Assembly: GCA_963598855.1 (NCBI GenBank)
Contig: CAVBVT010000002.1
Coordinates: forward strand, 12,580-76,579
Direction of reading: 5' to 3'
From: Eggerthellaceae bacterium
GTDB taxonomy: Bacteria > Bacillota > Clostridia > Lachnospirales > Lachnospiraceae
Length of the DNA: 64,000 nucleotides
Positions 41,932 through 50,948 of this stretch are shown piece by piece (within the stretch, counting starts at the first letter, position 1; each line of letters starts with the position of its first letter). The position numbers were made by a program, and so were the translations under genes. The notes under the pieces were generated by a model, which saw only the letters and a program-made list of their open reading frames with translations, searched no databases and was not told the origin of the DNA.

Positions 41932-43263
41932 ATGATGCAGGCAATTATTTTACTGGTGTTCCTAATCTTTGTGAATTCTGTTTTTGCAGGTGCGGAGATT
42001 GCGGTTCTGTCCATGAATGAACCGAAGATACGAGAACTGGCAGAGACCGGGGATCACCGTGCACAGATATTGATGAGAATTACGGAACAGCCGGCGCACT
42101 TTATGACAGCCATCCGTGTGACCGTTACTGTAGCCGGATTTCTGCAGAGTGCTTTTGCGGCGGAATATTTTGCACAGCCTCTGGCAGAAGTTATTTTGAA
42201 AGCAGACGCAGATATACCACAAAATGTTCTGAAAATAGTCTGTATGATTATCGTGACCATTCTTCTTTCCTACGTAAGCCTTCTGTTCGGGGAGCTGGTG
42301 CCGAGACGGCTGGGAATGAAGAATGCAGATGATTTGTCCTTACGGCTTGCCGGGCTTCTTCGAATCGTACTTATCGTAATGTGGCCGATGACGGCACTTC
42401 TTACTGCAACAGCCGGTGGCATTCTTCACCTTATGGGGATCAAACCGGAGGAAAAAGAGGAGCAGGAGACAGAGGAAGAGATCCGTCTGCTGCTTACGGA
42501 GGGAAATGAGCAGGGCAGCATCCAACTGGAGGAGAGCGAGATGATCCAGAATGTTTTTGACCTGGATGATACCACGGCGGATGAGATCTGTACACACAGG
42601 CGGGATGTGGTTGTTCTCTATATGGAGGATTCCGATGAGAAATGGGAGAAGGTGATCCGGGAGAACCGTCACACCTTCTATCCTGTATGTGGAGAAGATG
42701 AGGATGACATTGTATACATTCTGGATACCAGGGATTATTTCCGGATGGATACAAGAAACAGGGAGTCTGTTCTTTTAGACGCCTGTTATCCGCCGTTTTT
42801 TGTACCGGAATCCATGCGTGCGAATCTGATTTTCAGGGAAATGCGCGAGAAACGAGATTATTTTGCAGCAGTTCTGGATGAGTATGGATGCTTTGTCGGG
42901 ATTGTTACCCTGCATGACCTAGTGGAAGCTCTGGTAGGTGATATTGATGACAGAACAGACTTGCCGAAGCCGGATGACATTGAGAAGATCGGTGAGCATA
43001 TCTGGAGGGTGCAGGGCGGTGCTATTCTGGATGATGTGGCAGACGCCATGGACATTGAGCTTCCGGTGGAGAAATATGACACCTTCAGCGGCTTCGTTTG
43101 TGGTGTCCTAGAACGTGTGCCGGAGGACGGCGAGCAGTTCCGATGCCACTGGAAAAATCTGGAGATCGTAGTGAACCAGGTCAGGAACCACATCGTTATA
43201 GAGGGAACCATTCATGTTCAGCCGCCAAGAACCGATGAGGAAGATATGGACAGGAAAGTTTGA
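41932..43263 (+). CDS. HlyC/CorC (CNNM) family membrane protein with CBS domains
   Basis: FAGAEIA, FGELVP, DEYG..VGIVTL.DL.E..VG, C-terminal CorC domain. Confidence 0.9.
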   Translation: MMQAIILLVFLIFVNSVFAGAEIAVLSMNEPKIRELAETGDHRAQILMRITEQPAHFMTAIRVTVTVAGFLQSAFAAEYFAQPLAEVILKADADIPQNVLKIVCMIIVTILLSYVSLLFGELVPRRLGMKNADDLSLRLAGLLRIVLIVMWPMTALLTATAGGILHLMGIKPEEKEEQETEEEIRLLLTEGNEQGSIQLEESEMIQNVFDLDDTTADEICTHRRDVVVLYMEDSDEKWEKVIRENRHTFYPVCGEDEDDIVYILDTRDYFRMDTRNRESVLLDACYPPFFVPESMRANLIFREMREKRDYFAAVLDEYGCFVGIVTLHDLVEALVGDIDDRTDLPKPDDIEKIGEHIWRVQGGAILDDVADAMDIELPVEKYDTFSGFVCGVLERVPEDGEQFRCHWKNLEIVVNQVRNHIVIEGTIHVQPPRTDEEDMDRKV

Positions 43264-43329
43264 AAATGCCAAAATCCCGAGACATAATAAGAAAACAGCC
43301 TGAGAAACGCTTTAACAGGGGGAGAGGAA

Positions 43330-43902
43330 ATGCCAGGTTTTACAAGAAAGGTCATACTGCAGACATTGACACAGCTTATGGATGAGAAGCCATTGTCAAA
43401 GATCACTGTGAAGGATATCGTAGAAAGATGTGGTGTGAACAGGAATACGTTTTATTATCATTTCAGGGATATCCCGGATGCAGTTGAGGCAGTTGTTCAG
43501 GATGAGCTTGATGATATCATAAAGAACCATAAGGAACCGGAATCCATCAGCGACTGTATGGAAATTCTGGTCAATGCAGTACAGAAGAACCAGAGGGCAA
43601 TGCTGCATCTTTACGGTTCCATCCAGAGAGATGTTTTTGCGGATTACTTAAACTGTGCCGCAGAGCACATTGTAGGGGAGCTGATTGATAAGGTCTGGGA
43701 AGATGCAGAAGGAGATCAGGAGGACAAACGTCTGGTGATCCGATATTATAAATGTGTATTTGTGGGTGTGATCCTGGATTGGTTGAGACATGATATGGAT
43801 TATGATATTCTGGAGGACATGCATAAGCTGGAAAAGATCTACCAGAAGAATCTGATGATTCAGTACCAACAGCTTCAGGGCAGATTGCGGTCTGCGAAAT
43901 AA
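43330..43902 (+). CDS. TetR/AcrR family regulator (TetR_C_8-like)
   Basis: KITVKDIVERCGVNRNTFYYHFRD. Confidence 0.92.
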   Translation: MPGFTRKVILQTLTQLMDEKPLSKITVKDIVERCGVNRNTFYYHFRDIPDAVEAVVQDELDDIIKNHKEPESISDCMEILVNAVQKNQRAMLHLYGSIQRDVFADYLNCAAEHIVGELIDKVWEDAEGDQEDKRLVIRYYKCVFVGVILDWLRHDMDYDILEDMHKLEKIYQKNLMIQYQQLQGRLRSAK

Positions 43903-43937
43903 ATAAAGAACATCCATCCAGTGAGATGGTTAAATCA

Positions 43938-43975
43938 GGGTCAGTGTCTGAAATTTGGGCACTGGCTCTTTTTTG
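43938..43975 (+). terminator. Intrinsic terminator after TetR gene
   Basis: GGGTCAGTGTCT / GGGCACTGGCTC-TTTTTT. Confidence 0.65.
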
Positions 43976-44048
43976 TCTGTTTTTTTTTCGGATTTTCAGA
44001 GTTATAATTCATTACAGTAATTGAGAAAAAATTATCAAGGAGGGTCGT

Positions 44049-44603
44049 ATGGATGGTCTGAGACAGCTGAAAATCGTAAAAAATATCTATATTATTATGT
44101 CACTGCTGTTTTGTTTGCTTGGCATTTTTCTGATAGCAAAGCCAGAAAGCTCCATAAGAATGCTGTGTATCATGATGGGAATCATGCTGATCTTGTATGG
44201 TGCCATCAAGATTACCGGATATTTCACAAGAGATGCCTTCTGTCTGGCGTTTCAGTTTGACCTGGCCTTCGGGATACTTCTGATCGCAGTAGGAGTGATC
44301 ATGATCGCCAGAAGAAATTTTGCAGTAGATCTTATTTTTTCCGTGTTCGGAATCCTGATCCTGGCAGATGCCCTGTTTAAGATCCAGATGTCCATCGATG
44401 CAAAAAAATTCGGTCTTGTTCTGTGGTGGCAGATCCTGGTAGTGGCACTGGCAACAGGAGTGATCGGAATCCTGGTCTTTATAAGGCCGTTTGAAGCAGC
44501 AGCTGTAATGATGATGCTGGTAGGCTTTTCCATTTTGCTGGAGGGGATTCTGAATCTGTGTGTGGCGGTTCTGACGATCAAGATCATCAAGGACAGACTG
44601 TAG
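44049..44603 (+). CDS. HdeD/DUF308 family membrane protein
   Basis: Six hydrophobic segments in two repeats with G...LI.KP and G..ILLEGI patterns. Confidence 0.8.
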   Translation: MDGLRQLKIVKNIYIIMSLLFCLLGIFLIAKPESSIRMLCIMMGIMLILYGAIKITGYFTRDAFCLAFQFDLAFGILLIAVGVIMIARRNFAVDLIFSVFGILILADALFKIQMSIDAKKFGLVLWWQILVVALATGVIGILVFIRPFEAAAVMMMLVGFSILLEGILNLCVAVLTIKIIKDRL

Positions 44604-44662
44604 ATATGAAACAGAGAATAATCATTTTACTTTAGGATGACAATATAAGGAGGAAACAAAGT

Positions 44663-46039
44663 ATGGGAATCGTAGACAAAGCAAAACAGGCAGCAATCAC
44701 AGCTACTGTATCAAAAGCACTGGATTATCTTGAGAAGGATCCGGAGACAAATATACCGAAGATCATGGAGATGGTAGATAAGGTGACACCGGATGACTGG
44801 TATGCAGGTCAGAGAGCTGCGATCCGTCATTCCATCGAGGCAAAGGATAACTGGTATCAGCTGATCCTTCGTATGTATCAGCTGGATGCAGGCGTACGTC
44901 AGACTTTCTTCCGCAACTTTATCGTAAATGCTAGTCTGAAAGGAAGTGCAACACAGCAGAAAGTTTCAGCAGAAAACGACTGCAATGTACCGTGGGCGAT
45001 CCTTCTTGACCCGACAAGTGCATGTAACCTTCACTGCACAGGATGCTGGGCAGCAGAGTACGGCCACAAACTGAACCTTGATCTTGAGACGATTGACTCT
45101 ATCGTAAAACAGGGTAAAGAACTTGGAACGTACATGTACATCTACACAGGCGGTGAGCCTCTTGTACGAAAAAAAGACCTCATCAAGATCTGTGAGATGA
45201 ATCCGGACTGCGAGTTCCTTTCCTTCACAAACGGAACTCTGATCGATGAGGAGTTCTGCCAGGAAATGCTTCGTGTGAAGAACTTTGTTCCGGCGATCAG
45301 CCTTGAGGGAACAGAAGCAACAACAGATGGCCGTCGTGGTGATGGTGTATATCAGAAGGTTATGCATGCAATGGAGCTTCTGAAGAGCCACGGACTTCCG
45401 TTTGGTATCTCCACATGCTACACTTCCGCAAACGTTGAGGCTGTAAGCAGCGAGGAGTACTTTGACCATCTGATCGAGTGCGGAGCTTATTTTGCATGGT
45501 TCTTCCATTATATGCCGGTTGGAAATGACGCAGCAGCTGATCTTCTTCCGACACCTGAGCAGAGAATCAAAATGTATGACAGCGTCCGTAAATTCCGTGC
45601 AACAAAATCGCTCTTCACAATGGACTTCCAGAATGATGCAGAGTATGTAGGCGGATGTATTGCAGGCGGCCGCCGTTATCTTCATATCAATGCAAACGGT
45701 GATGTGGATCCTTGTGTATTTATCCATTTCTCCAATGCCAACATTAAAGAGAATACTCTTCTTGAGGCACTGAAGAGCCCGATCTTTATGGAGTATCACA
45801 AAGGACAGCCGTTCAACGACAACATGCTTCGTCCTTGCCCGATGCTTGAGAATCCGGAACTTCTCCGCAAGATGGTTGACCGTTCCGGAGCAAAATCCAC
45901 AGATCTCCAGTCTCCGGAGACTGCTGAGCATCTTTGTGCGAAATGCGATCACTACGCAGAGGTATGGAAAAAACAGGCGGATGAGCTCTGGGGCGAGAGC
46001 CAGGCAAAAAAAGCAGCAAAAAAAGAGACAACCTGCTAA
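44663..46039 (+). CDS. Radical SAM protein with SPASM/twitch-type C-terminus, function unknown
   Basis: CNLHCTGC, TGGEPL, FTNGTL, GCIAGG...DVDPCVF, RPCPM. Confidence 0.9.
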   Translation: MGIVDKAKQAAITATVSKALDYLEKDPETNIPKIMEMVDKVTPDDWYAGQRAAIRHSIEAKDNWYQLILRMYQLDAGVRQTFFRNFIVNASLKGSATQQKVSAENDCNVPWAILLDPTSACNLHCTGCWAAEYGHKLNLDLETIDSIVKQGKELGTYMYIYTGGEPLVRKKDLIKICEMNPDCEFLSFTNGTLIDEEFCQEMLRVKNFVPAISLEGTEATTDGRRGDGVYQKVMHAMELLKSHGLPFGISTCYTSANVEAVSSEEYFDHLIECGAYFAWFFHYMPVGNDAAADLLPTPEQRIKMYDSVRKFRATKSLFTMDFQNDAEYVGGCIAGGRRYLHINANGDVDPCVFIHFSNANIKENTLLEALKSPIFMEYHKGQPFNDNMLRPCPMLENPELLRKMVDRSGAKSTDLQSPETAEHLCAKCDHYAEVWKKQADELWGESQAKKAAKKETTC

Positions 46040-46047
46040 TTATTACT

Positions 46048-46075
46048 TGATATAGATGTCGGGATAATGTATAAT
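46048..46075 (+). promoter_or_regulatory. Sigma-A promoter of the NCS2 permease
   Basis: TTGATA...TGTATAAT. Confidence 0.6.
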
Positions 46076-46161
46076 GAACCCGTTTTTCAGGAGTCTGAAT
46101 AACAGTTCAGATAAGAATGTCCGAATGATTATGGACATGATACGTGTGCTGACAGATAACA

Positions 46162-46199
46162 GGGTGGTTATATTCAGCAATGGATATAGCTACCTTTTT
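46162..46199 (+). terminator. Leader terminator (attenuator) upstream of the purine permease
   Basis: GGTGGTTATATTCA-GCAA-TGGATATAGCTACC 14-bp stem plus TTTTT, between promoter and start codon. Confidence 0.75.
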
Positions 46200-46294
46200 A
46201 TGTCATGGGAAATTACTCCGTAATGTTCCAAAAGAGTGGGAACTATGGTCTCAGGTTATCGTCAGGACATAGGGAAAGAAAGGATGGATTCATT

Positions 46295-47743
46295 ATGGAA
46301 AAACACGAAACAAACACAGCCAGCCCTTATGAGCTGGACGGCCGCCCGCCTCTTAAGGTGGCTATTCCTCTTGGTCTGCAGCATGTACTTGCCATGTTCG
46401 TGGGTAATCTTACCCCTCTTCTGATCATCACGGCAGCCTGCGGAATCGAAGCAGGAGGGGAACTTCAGGTTGCATTACTTCAGAATGCAATGCTGATCGC
46501 AGGAATTGTCACGCTTGTACAGGTTTTTACGATCGGACCGGTTGGTGGCAAGCTTCCTATCGTTATGGGAACCAGTTCTGGTTTCATCGGTGTATGTCAG
46601 AGCGTTGCCGGAGTCATGGGCAATGGAATCGCAGCCTATGGCGCGATCATGGCAGCCAGCTTTCTCGGAGGACTTTTTGAGACTGTTCTGGGAGGCTTTC
46701 TGAAGCCCTTACGAAGATTTTTCCCATCGGTTGTAACCGGTACAGTTGTACTTTCAATTGGTCTTTCACTGATCAGTGTAGGAATTAGCTCTTTCGGAGG
46801 CGGAAGCTCAGCCAAGGATTACGGCTCCGTTGAAAACCTTTTCGTAGGCTTAGTGGTTCTGGTCGTGATCATTGCACTGAAGCATGGTACAAAAGGTTTC
46901 ACAAGCTTTTCCTCGATTCTCATTGGTATTATCGTGGGATATATCCTGGTAAGTATCATGGCTGTGGTACTTCCGACAACATTTACATATGTAGATGACA
47001 CAGGTGCTACTGTGGAGGCTACCAAAGCCTGGGTTCTGAACTGGGACAAGGTCGCTCAGGCGAAATGGTTCGCAGTACCGGCACTGATGCCTGTAAAATG
47101 GGTGTTTGATGCCCGTGCGATCGTTCCGATTATGATTATGTTTATTGTAACTGCAGTTGAGACAGTTGGAGACATCTCCGGAATCACAGAGGGTGGTCTT
47201 GGAAGAGAGGCTACGGATAAAGAGCTTTCCGGTGGAGTTATGTGTGACGGTCTTGGGTCTTCCTTTGCCGCACTGTTCGGTGTGCTGCCGAATACCTCAT
47301 TCAGCCAGAATGTTGGTCTGGTTGCCATGAATAAGGTTGTAAACCGTTTTTGTATCGCGACTGGCGGAATCTTCCTGATCGCCTGCGGCCTGTTCCCGAA
47401 GCTTGCTGCGCTGATCTCCATCATGCCGCAGAGTGTTCTGGGCGGTGCTGCTGTTATGATGTTCTCATCTATCGTTGTCAGCGGTATCCAGCTGATCACC
47501 AAGTGGCCGGTTGGACCAAGAAATGTAACTATCGTTTCTGTTGCACTTGGTCTTGGTTATGGCCTTGGTTCTAATACAGCAATTCTCGCACATCTGCCAG
47601 AGGCCATCAGCCTGATCTTCGGTGGCTCCGGTATCGTTCCCGCAGCGGTAATTGCTATCCTGCTTAATATCATTCTGCCGAAGGATGAGAAGAGCGAGGT
47701 CGAGAGAGCTGAGGAGATGTTAGAGAAAGTTAAGAATAAATAG
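46295..47743 (+). CDS. Xanthine/uric acid-type nucleobase:cation symporter (NCS2)
   Basis: GLQHVLAMF, ETVGD, NAT motif SFSQNVGLV, SVLGGA. Confidence 0.92.
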   Translation: MEKHETNTASPYELDGRPPLKVAIPLGLQHVLAMFVGNLTPLLIITAACGIEAGGELQVALLQNAMLIAGIVTLVQVFTIGPVGGKLPIVMGTSSGFIGVCQSVAGVMGNGIAAYGAIMAASFLGGLFETVLGGFLKPLRRFFPSVVTGTVVLSIGLSLISVGISSFGGGSSAKDYGSVENLFVGLVVLVVIIALKHGTKGFTSFSSILIGIIVGYILVSIMAVVLPTTFTYVDDTGATVEATKAWVLNWDKVAQAKWFAVPALMPVKWVFDARAIVPIMIMFIVTAVETVGDISGITEGGLGREATDKELSGGVMCDGLGSSFAALFGVLPNTSFSQNVGLVAMNKVVNRFCIATGGIFLIACGLFPKLAALISIMPQSVLGGAAVMMFSSIVVSGIQLITKWPVGPRNVTIVSVALGLGYGLGSNTAILAHLPEAISLIFGGSGIVPAAVIAILLNIILPKDEKSEVERAEEMLEKVKNK

Positions 47744-47822
47744 TAAAAAAAGTTCTTTTTTGGAGACTGTTGGACTTTATTGGTCTGACGGTCTCTTTTT
47801 TATTAAAATGAAGAGCCTGTTC

Positions 47823-47849
47823 GTTACTGGTCACGGAGTGAACAGTAAC
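47823..47849. repeat. Repeat family A, copy 3 (best palindrome)
   Basis: GTTACTG-G-TCAC-GGA-GTGA-A-CAGTAAC. Confidence 0.75.
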
Positions 47850-48093
47850 AGCCTGTTTTCTGGGGTGGATTTTGTCGAAATGTTTTAGTTGCGTTTTCGC
47901 CCGTTTTGTGCTAAGTTTAAGAAAAAGCATTTCATTTCTGTTGTTCTGTACGGATTGGTATCCGTATCTTAAATTCACAGCCGTTCGGCTTATTACAAAG
48001 AAATCTCAATGCTTGAACTATATGATTATGCAGGAGATTTCTGAAAGACTTTTTTCTTGGGATTCTCCTGATGGTTTATAAGGAGGATATTAC

Positions 48094-48987
48094 ATGGAAG
48101 AAAACAGGACAGATGTATTAATTGCTAATCGGATGTATAAGTCTCGTATTTTTGCAATGTTATTCACTGACAGGAATGAATTGCTGGAACTTTATAATGC
48201 AATTAATGGAACAAATTATGATGATCCGCATTTGCTTCAGATCAATACCCTGGAGAATGCGATTTATATGTCTATGCAGAACGATGTTTCATTTATTATT
48301 GAAATGTGGCTGAATTTGTATGAGCATCAGTCTACGTACAGTCCGAATTTGCCTGTACGGTATCTGTTGTATGTGGCAGATGTATATTCGGATTATACGA
48401 AGGATATGAATCTCTATGGAACCAGAGCAGTGAAGCTGCCAACACCGAAATTTGTGATCTTCTATAATGGGCAGGAAGAGCAGCCAAACCGGAAGGAATT
48501 GAAACTATCAGAGCTTTTTGCAATTCCAGATAGCGAACCATCATTAGAGCTGACTGCTGTTATGTTGAATATCAATAAAGGTCATAATAAGGAACTGATG
48601 GAAACCTGCAGGACGCTTCATGATTACGCAGAGTATACGGCACGTGTGAGAGAATATGCGGCAGTGATGAATCTGGATGAAGCGGTGGAGCGCGCGATCA
48701 CAGAGTGCATTAATGAAGGAATATTGGCAGATTTTTTAAAGAAAAATCGAGCGGAGGCGAAGAAAGTGAGTATATATGAATACGATGAAGAACGCCATAT
48801 GAGACAGACCCGGGAAGAGGGCGTTGAGGAAGGCTATACTGCTGGAGCGAAAAAAGAAAGAGAACAAATTGCACTTAAATTGCTGGACGTGGGAATTCTT
48901 ACAAAAGAGCAAATATCAGCTGCGACAGGTCTGAGTCAGACGCAGCTGGAAGAATTAATGAATATAAATAAGGATATTGGAAAATAA
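48094..48987 (+). CDS. Rpn-like PD-(D/E)XK nuclease / putative transposase family protein
   Basis: LYNAING, NDVSF...LYEHQST..PNLPVR, P.FVIFYNG, EEG-repeat tail ending I..ATGLS. Confidence 0.82.
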   Translation: MEENRTDVLIANRMYKSRIFAMLFTDRNELLELYNAINGTNYDDPHLLQINTLENAIYMSMQNDVSFIIEMWLNLYEHQSTYSPNLPVRYLLYVADVYSDYTKDMNLYGTRAVKLPTPKFVIFYNGQEEQPNRKELKLSELFAIPDSEPSLELTAVMLNINKGHNKELMETCRTLHDYAEYTARVREYAAVMNLDEAVERAITECINEGILADFLKKNRAEAKKVSIYEYDEERHMRQTREEGVEEGYTAGAKKEREQIALKLLDVGILTKEQISAATGLSQTQLEELMNINKDIGK

Positions 48988-49018
48988 CGTGGAAATTCAG
49001 AATAATAAGGAAATTTTG

Positions 49019-49237
49019 ATGAGCGAACAGAAGAAAAAAATTGATTATGTTGTTGCATGTGTAAATGAATTTTCCAGGAGATATGATCTGAGTATTAAAG
49101 AGGCATTTCAGTATCTTTTTCGTTATGAAGGAATAGCCTTTATTAAAGAAAACTATGATATTGAGCATACACTGGATTTTGAAACAATATTAGAAGATTT
49201 AGAGATTTTGTGCAGAAAAAATGGAGGTACATTATAA
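49019..49237 (+). CDS. DUF3791 family small protein
   Basis: YVVACVNEFS.RY.LS.KEAF.YL..Y.GI.FI.ENYDIEHTL pattern. Confidence 0.8.
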   Translation: MSEQKKKIDYVVACVNEFSRRYDLSIKEAFQYLFRYEGIAFIKENYDIEHTLDFETILEDLEILCRKNGGTL

Positions 49238-49346
49238 GATTATATTGATTGAAAAAAGAACCTGCAAAAAAGTGAATTATGCAACACTTTTTCACAAGTC
49301 CTTTTTAGAGTTAATTTCAGAAGGCATCATAAACTAAACTATAAGA

Positions 49347-49598
49347 TCAGTAATTATAAGCCCCCTCATAAGCATTGCACCGTTCCTTCCGATGTCCCTG
49401 CTCCACACAGGAGCTGCACCGGTCGCAGAATTCCTGTTCATAACAGGTAGAACAGACACATCCCTTACAGGCATCGCGGTTATAAGCCGGTGTGCAGGTA
49501 AAGGGAAGGGTATCTTTCGTAGTTTCCGTACTCAAAACAGTGAAATATAAATGACAATATATTTTTATCACGTAAAATGAGATGCCAATACCGTCCAC
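49347..49598 (-). CDS. Small Cys-rich hypothetical protein (start uncertain)
   Basis: CKGCVCSTC...CDRCSSC...C pattern; no clear RBS. Confidence 0.45.
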   Translation of the reverse strand: MDGIGISFYVIKIYCHLYFTVLSTETTKDTLPFTCTPAYNRDACKGCVCSTCYEQEFCDRCSSCVEQGHRKERCNAYEGAYNY

Positions 49599-49640
49599 TA
49601 TGCAGGTGCCACCCCATCAGGATAGCACAACATCCCGGTC

Positions 49641-50504
49641 CTACCGTGCAGAACTCCATCTACCAGACGCGCCGCAAGGCAGCACCAGCCCACTCTCTGT
49701 AACAGGAAGCCCAATCTCCTGAGACTCCACATTACCCTTCCAGGGTTTTAATTCCGTAGCCAGCATATAAGTCAGCACCGCCGGAGCAAGACCCGTAGTA
49801 TAAGAATTCACAAGGAAAAACAGCGGATCATCGCTGAGGATCTTAGTACAAAGCTTGATCAGCGGATGGATCGCATCCTCGATCTTCCAGATCTCGCCCT
49901 TAGGTCCACGGCCATAAGAAGGCGGGTCCATAATGATCGCATCATAATGATTTCCCCTGCGGATCTCACGCTCTACGAATTTCACGCAGTCATCCACAAG
50001 CCAGCGGATCGGCGCACCGGAAAGTCCGGAAGCAGCAGCATTCTCTTTTGCCCAGTTCACCATACCCTTGGAAGCATCCACATGAGTAACAGACGCACCA
50101 GCCGCAGCCGCAGCCAGAGTAGCACCGCCAGTATAGGCAAAAAGATTCAGCACCTTGATCGGGCGGCCGGCATTGCGGATCTTCTCACCGAACCAGTCCC
50201 AGTTCACAGCCTGCTCCGGGAAAAGTCCTGTATGCTTGAAGCTGAAAGGCTTCAGATTAAAGGTAAGATCCTTATAATTAATTTCCCACTGATGAGGCAG
50301 GTCAAAGAACTCCCACTCACCGCCGCCGCGGCTGCTTCTGTGATAATGGCCGTTCATATGCTTCCAGCCACGGTTCTTACGCGGAGTATCCCAGATAACC
50401 TGCGGATCCGGACGGACCAGGAGATAATCTCCCCAGCGCTCCAGCTTCTCACCTTTAGATGTATCAATAACTTCATAATCTTTCCAACCATCTGCAATCC
50501 ACAT
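49641..50504 (-). CDS. Class I SAM-dependent methyltransferase (RlmI/RlmK-like)
   Basis: HTGLFPEQ, VLNLFAYTGGAT, HVDASK, IMDPPSYG. Confidence 0.9.
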   Translation of the reverse strand: MWIADGWKDYEVIDTSKGEKLERWGDYLLVRPDPQVIWDTPRKNRGWKHMNGHYHRSSRGGGEWEFFDLPHQWEINYKDLTFNLKPFSFKHTGLFPEQAVNWDWFGEKIRNAGRPIKVLNLFAYTGGATLAAAAAGASVTHVDASKGMVNWAKENAAASGLSGAPIRWLVDDCVKFVEREIRRGNHYDAIIMDPPSYGRGPKGEIWKIEDAIHPLIKLCTKILSDDPLFFLVNSYTTGLAPAVLTYMLATELKPWKGNVESQEIGLPVTESGLVLPCGASGRWSSAR

Positions 50505-50693
50505 GATGTTTAATACCTCGTTTCTTTCATATTCATATCAGATTTCAGCACCTGTCTGCAGTATTTCCATAAAGCACCGGAGTTACCTTAAGTAAACTGA
50601 GTAAAAAGCATTCGATGCGTTAATATCATTTTTATCAGTATAGAGGAAAAACACCCCCCGTGCAAGAGAAGTGCAGGATTTTCCACGAAAGAT

Positions 50694-50722
50694 TTGACAA
50701 CAGCGCTTTTCCATACTAAAAT
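50694..50722 (+). promoter_or_regulatory. Sigma-A promoter upstream of the aminotransferase
   Basis: TTGACA-17 nt-TAAAAT. Confidence 0.6.
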
Positions 50723-50948
50723 GTACGCAGAGATTTTCTGCCAGGACAGATAAGCCTGCTTCTGCGAAACTGTGGTAGTTTTTGCAGAAGAAATTTTTGC
50801 AGACATTTCTTGAGGAAAAACAGAAGGCGTGAACACAGCAACCGCAGATTATAGCGATTCCGGGAATTAATACCCTGCACAGCTGAACTTGATGCAGTAA
50901 TTTCTGGGAGTGCTATAAACTGTGCGCAAAAAGAGGAGAAGCAAACAT

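Noticed and set aside
48094..48987. Rpn gene as an active IS element
   Set aside because: No terminal inverted repeats or target duplication seen; the family is not shown to be a true transposase
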